Shown piece after piece: positions 16,861 through 23,990 of a stretch of 28,592 nucleotides of DNA. Source of the stretch: an uncultured Gemmatimonadaceae bacterium (GTDB lineage: Bacteria; Gemmatimonadota; Gemmatimonadetes; Gemmatimonadales; GWC2-71-9); assembly GCA_964388145.1 (NCBI GenBank), contig CAYLZR010000003.1, positions 5,785 to 34,376 on the forward strand, given 5' to 3'. The translations under genes were made by a program, and so were the position numbers. How positions within the stretch are numbered: the first letter of the stretch is position 1; each line of letters starts with the position of its first letter. The notes below the pieces were generated by a model. That model was not told the DNA's origin. It worked only from the letters and a program-made list of their open reading frames with translations, and searched no databases.

Positions 16861-18089
16861 AGGGGATCCCGTCGGAGGGGAAGCGTCATGCATCGGGGGC
16901 CTCCTCCACCCCGCACCAGTTCGCTCCCTCGCATGGTGATCACCGCACGCTCGCCGTCTTCGATGTCCTCCTCGCCGAGTAGAAACCGCTCCGCCTGCAC
17001 GACGCGGAAACCGGCTTTCTCGAACTCTGCGAGCGTGGCCTCGTTGCGGCGGTACGCCAGGCCGACTCCGGGACGCAGCATCAACACGTTGCATCCCGAA
17101 GCCCACTGTTCCCGCTCCTGCAGTTGCCGCTCGCCACCACCGCAGAGAATCGGCTCGAGCCCGAAGTCCACCTCTTTCAACGCATCAAAAAAATTGGCCA
17201 TCTCGCGAACGCTCGCTTGCCCCTTTCGCTTGTGAAGTACGGCAAGGCGGGAAGGGCCAAGAAACTGGGGAGGGGAGACGACACAAAGACCGTGATCGAC
17301 CTGTGCGAAGATCATGTCCAGATGGATGGCGGTTGGCTGTCGCGGCATCACAACGATCACCACGTCGGTCACACCGCAATGCTCGAACACCAGATCGCAC
17401 AGATGGTCGAGAGCGACAGCGCTCGTACGATCGCTGAGACCGAGTATCAGCAAATCCTCGCGCACCGGATGCACGTCACCGCCCTCGATCGTGTAATCTA
17501 GGCGCCGTTCTTCGGACCCGTCGTACAGAATGCCTTGATTCGCGAGCAGCGGATGGTGAAGGAACAGCGCCTTGATCAGCAACTCCTCCGACCACCTCGC
17601 TTCGTGACGCATCGAGCCGATGACGACGCGGGTATCGATGACAATGCCGACATCCCGCATGAAAAACAGATTGGGAAGTGGAGGAAGGCAGTACCCACCC
17701 CGGTTGAGCGTCCGTGCTATCGGCCCCGTCTTCTCTTCGGTACCCTCGACCAGCATTTCCACCAGGCGCTCCGCCGGACGGTCCACCAACTCCTTGGCTA
17801 GATTCCCGGACGGAGCAGCGAACGCCGTTCGTGCCGCCAAGAGTTTTCGAACCTCATCATGCTCTGCGATTTCACGCAGCAGCGCACGCGTCTGGTGCAC
17901 ATCGGCAAAACGCTCCAACACCGCCACCATCGTGCGGTGTTCGGATCCCGCTGTGTCGAGTTCGATGATGTCTTCGTAGAGAAAGTCGCTGCGGGTACCG
18001 GGAGTAACGGCGAGAACTTCTTTCCCCGGCTCATGGACCAGAACGTCCCGGAGGGGACCGATTTCCGAAGTGATCTGAACGGTGGGCAT
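16857..18089 (-). CDS. arcA: Arginine deiminase family protein
   Basis: Has SEIGPLRDVLVHEPG, PLPNLFFMRD, IEGGD, IHLD and GGGPRCM, which supply the Asp/His/Cys catalytic set. Confidence 0.92.
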   Translation of the reverse strand: MPTVQITSEIGPLRDVLVHEPGKEVLAVTPGTRSDFLYEDIIELDTAGSEHRTMVAVLERFADVHQTRALLREIAEHDEVRKLLAARTAFAAPSGNLAKELVDRPAERLVEMLVEGTEEKTGPIARTLNRGGYCLPPLPNLFFMRDVGIVIDTRVVIGSMRHEARWSEELLIKALFLHHPLLANQGILYDGSEERRLDYTIEGGDVHPVREDLLILGLSDRTSAVALDHLCDLVFEHCGVTDVVIVVMPRQPTAIHLDMIFAQVDHGLCVVSPPQFLGPSRLAVLHKRKGQASVREMANFFDALKEVDFGLEPILCGGGERQLQEREQWASGCNVLMLRPGVGLAYRRNEATLAEFEKAGFRVVQAERFLLGEEDIEDGERAVITMRGSELVRGGGGPRCMTLPLRRDPL

Positions 18090-18121
18090 GCACCGAATCT
18101 AGGGAGGAGGCGACGTTCGGC

Positions 18122-18742
18122 CTAGCGATTCCGCAACCCGTAGCTCAACGCCTCCAGCTCCAACGCCAAGCTGACGTTCTTGACGACCACGTCGTCGGGC
18201 ACCCGTAATTGCAGCGGAGCAAAGTTCAGAAACGCCTTGACGCCGGCCTTCACTAACCGATCGACCAATTCCTGTGCCGCCGATGCCGGAGTGACCAGAA
18301 TCGCGATGTCGATGGGATCGCGCGCGATGTCGCCTTCGATTCCCAGTTGATCGCGGATAACGAGCCCGTTGTGCTTGCGCCCGATTTTCTTGGGATCGTT
18401 GTCGTACAACGAAATGACGTGGAAACCATGCTTTTCGAAGCCGCGAAAATGCACCAGCGCCGCGCCGATGTTACCCGCCCCAATCACCGCCACCCGATAC
18501 GTTTTGCCGAGTCCCAGAATGTCCCTGAGCCGCGAGGCAAGCTCGGGCACCGAATATCCCAGCCCGCGTTTGCCGAACGATCCGAAAAACGAAAGATCCT
18601 TGCGGACTTGTGCAGAGGTGGTCCCCCCGCGAGTCGCGAGAGCCTCAGAACTGACCGTAGCTACACCCTGCTCCTCGAATTCTTCGAGAAACCTCAGGTA
18701 GAGTGAGAGGCGGCGAACGGTCGACTCGGCAATTTTGCGCAT
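18122..18742 (-). CDS. rex: Redox-sensing transcriptional repressor Rex
   Basis: Has STVRRLSLYLR, SAQVRKDLSFFGSFGKRGLGY and the Rossmann motif IGAGNIG. Confidence 0.98.
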   Translation of the reverse strand: MRKIAESTVRRLSLYLRFLEEFEEQGVATVSSEALATRGGTTSAQVRKDLSFFGSFGKRGLGYSVPELASRLRDILGLGKTYRVAVIGAGNIGAALVHFRGFEKHGFHVISLYDNDPKKIGRKHNGLVIRDQLGIEGDIARDPIDIAILVTPASAAQELVDRLVKAGVKAFLNFAPLQLRVPDDVVVKNVSLALELEALSYGLRNR

Positions 18743-18746
18743 AGTA

Positions 18747-18764
18747 TTGTGAAATTTTTCACAA
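18747..18764. promoter_or_regulatory. Rex operator
   Basis: Perfect palindrome TTGTGAA-ATTT-TTCACAA, matching the established Rex consensus, 4 bp upstream of the rex ATG. Confidence 0.92.
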
Positions 18765-18791
18765 CTTAGCCCGTCAACGGTACCCCGTCAA
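18763..18791 (-). promoter_or_regulatory. Sigma70-type promoter for rex
   Basis: TTGACG (18791-18786), 17-bp spacer, TAAGTT (18768-18763). The -10 box overlaps the Rex operator. Confidence 0.7.
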
Positions 18792-19573
18792 CGACGAACC
18801 ACGCGGAACAAGTCCACAAATTCCTGGGGTGCCAGTACTTCCGGTCGGTCACGCCCGTTCAATCCGAGTTGTTCGAGAAGCCCGGTGAGATCGTCCGGAT
18901 CGCGACCTGTGACGATTCTGAGTGCTCGGGTGAGCTGTTTTCGCCGCTCACCAAACAGCCCGGCGACGAATCGGCGGAAGGGCCCGCGCTCGTCGGGCGT
19001 CAGGAGCGGATCGGTGAACGGGGTAATTCGCACGACCACCGAATCCACCTTCGGGGGTGGCCGAAACGAGCCCGCCCGAACGGCGAAGAGGCGCTCGACC
19101 GTTGCCACGGCTTGCACTCCAACCGAGAGCGCCCCGTACGTCTTGGAGCCGGGCGCGGCTTCAAGTCGGTCGCCCACCTCCTTCTGCACGAGAAAGACAA
19201 TCACCGTCGGCAGCGGCTCGGTCAGGGCCTTGTCGATGAGCGGAGTGGTGATGGCGTAGGGGATGTTGCCGGCGACCTTGTAGGACGAACGTCGCACGGA
19301 TGGAGGCAGTTCAGCGCGCCAGTCGACCTTCAGCGCGTCTCCGGACACGACGCGACAGTGCTCGATGGCAGAGTCGTCGAGTGCGGCCGCCAACTCGACG
19401 TCGCGCTCGATGGCCACCACACCTCCAACAACGGGGGCGAGGCGCGTGGTGAGGGTTCCCTTCCCCGGCCCGATTTCGATCACGTGATCGTCGGGGTGTG
19501 GATCCAGCGAGCGCACGATCCGATCGAGGATGGCCGGATCAGACAGGAAGTGCTGGCCGAGTCGTTTGCCCAC
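18788..19573 (-). CDS. rsmA: 16S rRNA m6,2A dimethyltransferase
   Basis: Has KRLGQHFL, IEIGPGKG, AGNIPYAIT, QKEV and FRPPPKVDS. Confidence 0.97.
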   Translation of the reverse strand: MGKRLGQHFLSDPAILDRIVRSLDPHPDDHVIEIGPGKGTLTTRLAPVVGGVVAIERDVELAAALDDSAIEHCRVVSGDALKVDWRAELPPSVRRSSYKVAGNIPYAITTPLIDKALTEPLPTVIVFLVQKEVGDRLEAAPGSKTYGALSVGVQAVATVERLFAVRAGSFRPPPKVDSVVVRITPFTDPLLTPDERGPFRRFVAGLFGERRKQLTRALRIVTGRDPDDLTGLLEQLGLNGRDRPEVLAPQEFVDLFRVVRR

Positions 19574-21127
19574 TCAGGCTTTGAGGACTACCACGGTTTG
19601 GTCGTCGCTTCGCGTGTGGCTGAACGAGTCTACTTCCGCGAAAACCGCCGCGACCACTCTTTCAGCCGGCTGCGTGCTCGCGGCGCGGACGACGTCAATG
19701 ACTCGAGATTCTCCGAACTGTTCACCGGCCTCATTCCTCGCGTCGGCGATTCCATCGGAAAACAGCAGCAGCAGGTCGCTCTCGTGTTGCCAGGCCACCT
19801 CACGGCCCAGCATTTGGTCCACATCACCCAATCCCAACGGCGGCACCGTCGCATCGAGTCGCTGCGGGGGACCGCTTTGGGGAACACGAAACGCGTGCGG
19901 ATGTCCCGCGTTCGCATAACGCAAGCGTCCGTTCTTCGCATCGGCGACACCGTAGAAGACAGCCACGTGCATCTCGGCCTCTGCCAGTTCCGATTTTACG
20001 GAGGCCAGCAACCGTTCGAGCGCGACCTCCGGCGACGCCGCCGCCACTGCGTGAATAGCCGCAGCCGACAAGACCAGCGCCATGATCAAAGCGGCCGAAA
20101 ACCCGTGCGACGACACATCACCGAGCATCACACCAACCTGTGATGCCGGCAGGCGCACGAACTGGTAGAAGTCGCCGCCCACACTCTCGGCCGGTCTGAA
20201 TTTCGCAGCGACGTCCACGTCGGCGTCGAGCTGTCTCGGGGCAGCAAGCAACCGCAGTTGAAGGTCGTGGGCCAATTCTATTTCCCGACGTACCCTTTGT
20301 CGCTGTTGATCCAGCGCGACGAGCCGCGTGTTCTCCACCGCTGCGCCGATCTGGTGCGCCACGGCGTTGACCAGTTTCGCGTGGGCGTCATCGAACGCGT
20401 CCCGACCCATTCGGTCGGTAAGATTGATAACGCCCACCGGTCGTGGGGTACCGTCCGAATCCGGGTAGACTATGGGGACCGACAGGTATGCGTCACCGCG
20501 GTAAGCCCGGTCCGCCGCCTTCGCTTTGGCTCCATCACTCGTGTCCGACGCGTCGCCAAGGACCGCCTCGCACCGCCGAAACACCGCCGCCGCGATCGAT
20601 GTCGGATCATCGACCGGCACGGACGCGAAGTCGCTCACGTCTATCCCCCAACCGGCCACCACATTCAACTCGGCGCGCAACGGGTCGTGCACGAGAATGG
20701 ACGCTCGCCTAGCGCCGACGACAGCACTCACCTCTTGAACGATGACCTGTGCCGCCTCCTGCAAATTGAGGGTCCGCCCGAGGACTTCGCTAATCGTATA
20801 GAGGAGGTCGATCTCCTCGTAACGGTGAGACAGCTCTTCGGCAACTTGCATGGCGTCCCGCTCGCTGTCGAGCAGACGCGCCAAGAGAGAGCCAAGCGTC
20901 CCTTCTGCGTCTGACCCATCGTATTGGTAAAAATAGTCCGAGGCGCCGGGCACCGGAGTTACCTGGTCGTGGGCCTGGTCTCGAGAAGGAACCGGCGGTG
21001 TGGCTGCACCGTCGGGGAGAGGCTTACCCGCGATCAATTGGAGTTTGCCGTCGCTGGCCCGCCACAGACGCACCTCAGCCCCCATGAGCGAGCTGAGCGC
21101 ACGCAACGCCTCGTCGAGTCGGCTCAG
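19574..21127 (-). CDS. GAF + SpoIIE/PP2C phosphatase (RsbU-like)
   Basis: GAF region followed by ESVGGDFY, GDVSSHG, YANAGHP, FSDGIADA and DDQT. The start is uncertain: TTG 21106, or a coupled CTG at 21127. Confidence 0.9.
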   Translation of the reverse strand: MSRLDEALRALSSLMGAEVRLWRASDGKLQLIAGKPLPDGAATPPVPSRDQAHDQVTPVPGASDYFYQYDGSDAEGTLGSLLARLLDSERDAMQVAEELSHRYEEIDLLYTISEVLGRTLNLQEAAQVIVQEVSAVVGARRASILVHDPLRAELNVVAGWGIDVSDFASVPVDDPTSIAAAVFRRCEAVLGDASDTSDGAKAKAADRAYRGDAYLSVPIVYPDSDGTPRPVGVINLTDRMGRDAFDDAHAKLVNAVAHQIGAAVENTRLVALDQQRQRVRREIELAHDLQLRLLAAPRQLDADVDVAAKFRPAESVGGDFYQFVRLPASQVGVMLGDVSSHGFSAALIMALVLSAAAIHAVAAASPEVALERLLASVKSELAEAEMHVAVFYGVADAKNGRLRYANAGHPHAFRVPQSGPPQRLDATVPPLGLGDVDQMLGREVAWQHESDLLLLFSDGIADARNEAGEQFGESRVIDVVRAASTQPAERVVAAVFAEVDSFSHTRSDDQTVVVLKA

Positions 21128-21591
21128 GCGCGGTGTAGCGTCATGCAGATGGAGTTTCCTTGTTCGTTGAACGCGAGGTCATCCACGAGTTCTCTGATCA
21201 GAAAGAGGCCACGTCCTGCCGGACGTTCGATGCAATCGGGCCTCGTCGGATCGGGAATGCAATGCGGATCGAACCCCCGGCCTTGGTCCTGCACGTGCAC
21301 CTCAACCCCACCATCGAACTCGCGAAGCGCAACGTGAACGCTCTTCGCAGGATCTAGCCTGTTGCCGTATACGATGGCGTTGGCCAAGGCCTCGGAAAGC
21401 GCGACGCGGAGATTGAAGCGAACCGCTTTGACGGACAGACCACAGGCCAAGCAATACCGCGCTACGATGTCGACGGTATGCTCGACGACATCCAATTCAC
21501 TCGGAACCGTGACGGTCATCAAGACCGCCGCATCGGCTCCGAGTGGGTGCGACGGATCCGAGCGCTTCACACACAGGCGCAGCGGGACCAT
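21124..21591 (-). CDS. Anti-sigma factor / Ser kinase (RsbW/SpoIIAB-like HATPase_c)
   Basis: Has SEALANAIVYGN, DQGRGFDP and GRGLFLIRELVD. Probable start ATG 21591. Confidence 0.9.
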   Translation of the reverse strand: MVPLRLCVKRSDPSHPLGADAAVLMTVTVPSELDVVEHTVDIVARYCLACGLSVKAVRFNLRVALSEALANAIVYGNRLDPAKSVHVALREFDGGVEVHVQDQGRGFDPHCIPDPTRPDCIERPAGRGLFLIRELVDDLAFNEQGNSICMTLHRA

Positions 21592-21598
21592 CGTCAGG

Positions 21599-21934
21599 TC
21601 AGAAACTATCGACGGCTTCGTCGGTTGTATCACAGATCTTGAACAGCGTGTCGAGCTTGGTGAGCTCGAACAGCATGCGAAGGTCTTCGTTCAAACCGGC
21701 GAGGCGCAGGTCCCCGCCCGTCTCACGTATCTTCTTCGAGACCGACACGAGCACGCCGAGTCCGGATGAATCGATGTAACCCGTCGACGAAAAATCGAGT
21801 ACGAACTTCGACTCGCTCGCCTCCAAGGCCTCGAGCACTTTCTCTTTGAGCTCATTCCGGTTCGCAACAATCAACTGACCGTCCACTGACACAATCGTCA
21901 CGCCATTGGGGGCGTTACTCACAGTGAACGTCAT
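21599..21934 (-). CDS. STAS anti-anti-sigma factor (RsbV/SpoIIAA-like)
   Basis: 111 aa with the phospho-acceptor motif YIDSSGLG and LFELTKLD. Confidence 0.93.
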   Translation of the reverse strand: MTFTVSNAPNGVTIVSVDGQLIVANRNELKEKVLEALEASESKFVLDFSSTGYIDSSGLGVLVSVSKKIRETGGDLRLAGLNEDLRMLFELTKLDTLFKICDTTDEAVDSF

Positions 21935-22998
21935 GCGTCCTCCCGCTGAATGAAGGATAGGGAATCCGTTTGCAGTATGGCGACTGCAGCGACATCGACA
22001 ATGTCTTCCGTGGACGCTCCACGGGAGAGATCCGCCACCGGTTTCGCCAGACCTTGAATGATGGGGCCGATCGCAACGGATCCGGCCAGGCGTTGTATCA
22101 GTTTGTATGCAATGTTCCCGCTGTCAAGGTCGGGAAACACCAAAACGTTCGCCCGACCGGCAACCGGCGAATCCGACGCTTTCCGTCGCGCGACATCGGG
22201 CACCAGTGCTGCATCCCCCTGAAGTTCGCCGTCACAGACGATATCGGGCGCCAGCCGCGTGAATCGTTCGACTGCGTCTCGGACCTTCGCCACCCTCGGC
22301 CCGCCGGCGCTTCCCTTCGTAGAGTACGACAGGAACGCTACAACGGGTTCGTCCCCAACGATGCGACGCCGGTCACGCGCGGCTGATAACGCGATCTCGG
22401 CGAGCTGATCCGCCGTCGGATCCGGCACCACCCCGGCGTCGGTGAAGGTCAGGACCCCAGCACTTCCCCACCCATCCACGACGGGCAGACGGGCAGACGG
22501 GCGGACGGGCGGAACGGCTCGGGATGCTTCCTGATGCCCCTTGATGCCTCTCGCTGCCCCCTCTGCCTCCCCTGCCTCCCCTGCCTCCGCTGCCGGCAAG
22601 CACATGTAGAACGCACTACTCACCGTCGCTATGCCGTCGGCCGCCCCCACCAACCACAGTGCCGCCCGCACCACGTCCGCCGTGGGACAGGTGGCGCCTC
22701 CGACGGCCGCGTCGGCTGCGCCGAGGGCTACGAGGCCGGCGGCGTGAAGGATCGGATTCGACGCCAACTCCGCGGCGCGCGCGTCGTCGGGAGCTTGCTT
22801 GGGTCGGCGGGTCCGCAGCAGAGCGGCCACATCATCGAGGCGAGGGAGGTGGTCCGGACGCAGCACGATGGTGCGTGCGATCTCGGCGTCCTCGAGGAGT
22901 TGGGCGGCGCCTTGAACGCGCTCATCCCATCCCTCCGCGAGGACGACGGTGCGCCGCAGTTGGCGGGCTCGGTTATGCAGCTCCCGCCGGAAAGACAT
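21931..22998 (-). CDS. pta: Phosphate acetyltransferase (PTA_PTB family, short form) with internal repeat insertion
   Basis: Has VLAEGWDERV, VSSAFYM, FTDAGVVPDP, SYSTKGS, GELQGDAA, FPDLDSGNIAYK and DLSRG. Confidence 0.9.
   Translation of the reverse strand: MSFRRELHNRARQLRRTVVLAEGWDERVQGAAQLLEDAEIARTIVLRPDHLPRLDDVAALLRTRRPKQAPDDARAAELASNPILHAAGLVALGAADAAVGGATCPTADVVRAALWLVGAADGIATVSSAFYMCLPAAEAGEAGEAEGAARGIKGHQEASRAVPPVRPSARLPVVDGWGSAGVLTFTDAGVVPDPTADQLAEIALSAARDRRRIVGDEPVVAFLSYSTKGSAGGPRVAKVRDAVERFTRLAPDIVCDGELQGDAALVPDVARRKASDSPVAGRANVLVFPDLDSGNIAYKLIQRLAGSVAIGPIIQGLAKPVADLSRGASTEDIVDVAAVAILQTDSLSFIQREDA
22481..22594. repeat. Composite tandem repeats inside pta: (ACGGGCRG)x4, degenerate 10-mer x4, (CTGCCTCCC)x3
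   Basis: Read directly. Octamers at 22481-22512, decamers at 22521-22560 and nonamers at 22563-22588. The reading frame is preserved. Confidence 0.9.
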
Positions 22999-23478
22999 CT
23001 ATGGAAGCTGTTGCTTCAGCGCCTGTTGGACCAGCGGATGAACTAGGTCTGACACATCACCGCCCAAGCTGGCGACTTCCCGAACCAGACTGGAGCTGAG
23101 GAACGTGAGATGCAGTGCTGGAACCAAGAACACGGTTTCGAGACCATCGTGGAGCTTGCGGTTCATCAGAGCCATCTGAAATTCATATTCGAAGTCACTG
23201 ACCGCGCGAAGCCCCCGCACGACGAGATGTGCACCCACGCTCTCGGCAAAATCCGCGAGCAATCCGTCGAAGGGTTGCACGGTGACTCTGTCTTCGTCGG
23301 AGACGATTTCCGCTAGCAACGACACCCGCTGGTCGACGGGGAACAGCGTCGCTTTCGTCGGGCTTCGCGCCACACCGACGATCAGCCGATCGACGAAATG
23401 GAGACTTCGCCGAATCAGATCTTCGTGCCCCTTCGTCGGCGGATCAAACGTGCCGGGATATATCGCGACTTTGCTCAC
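22999..23478 (-). CDS. coaD: Phosphopantetheine adenylyltransferase
   Basis: Has YPGTFDPPTKGH, RGLRAVSDFEYE and SSSLVREVA. Confidence 0.98.
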   Translation of the reverse strand: MSKVAIYPGTFDPPTKGHEDLIRRSLHFVDRLIVGVARSPTKATLFPVDQRVSLLAEIVSDEDRVTVQPFDGLLADFAESVGAHLVVRGLRAVSDFEYEFQMALMNRKLHDGLETVFLVPALHLTFLSSSLVREVASLGGDVSDLVHPLVQQALKQQLP

Positions 23479-23990
23479 GGCCCATAACAGAAGCTGATAG
23501 AGGAGTCACCGTAGCGACGCGTTTCGTCGCCACCGATGTCGTCGGTGGAGCGGTGTTCTATGCCGAGTATCCCAGCAAATGGTCGCGACTGAAAAATGCG
23601 AATGAGTTCTCTCCCGTGGTCGTGGCCGTATGGCGGATCCGCGAAGGCGATGTCGAAAGATCCCTCGTCCAGCCGATCGACAAAACGTAATGCATCAAAG
23701 CGGTGAACTTTCACGCGCTCCTCCGCATCGAGAGCGGCCACATTGGCGCGGAGCGCCGTGACCGCCGACTTGCCTATCTCGACAAACTCGACGTGGCTGG
23801 CCCCGCGTGATAGTGCCTCGAGTCCCAACGCCCCCGACCCTGCGAAGAGATCCACCACTGTTGCCCCGGACAGACGGTTACCTAAGATGCTGAACCATGC
23901 TTCACGAACGCGATCCGCGGTCGGCCTCGTACGACGATCACCGGGCGGACGCAGTGTGCGCCCACGAAACTCGCCAGCGATGATACGCAT
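23475..23990 (-). CDS. rsmD: 16S rRNA m2G966 methyltransferase
   Basis: Has MRIIAGEFRG, RPTADRVRE, DLFAGSGALGLEALSRG and DPPY. ATG 23990 overlaps the recJ TAA. Confidence 0.96.
   Translation of the reverse strand: MRIIAGEFRGRTLRPPGDRRTRPTADRVREAWFSILGNRLSGATVVDLFAGSGALGLEALSRGASHVEFVEIGKSAVTALRANVAALDAEERVKVHRFDALRFVDRLDEGSFDIAFADPPYGHDHGRELIRIFQSRPFAGILGIEHRSTDDIGGDETRRYGDSSISFCYGP

Noticed and set aside
16861-17106. Apparent long N-terminal extension of the exonuclease
   Set aside because: It overlaps the arcA 3' end. The GTGA overlap at 16857-16860 gives a better start.
18869-20143. 424-aa plus-strand ORF
   Set aside because: Antisense shadow of rsmA and the phosphatase gene.
22459-22603. 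AGCAC direct repeat as a target-site duplication of the pta insertion
   Set aside because: The copies are 140 bp apart, so removal would frameshift pta, and a 5-bp match is expected by chance.
21931-23478. pta without an adjacent ackA
   Set aside because: Unlinked pta and ackA are common, and absence cannot be judged from one window.
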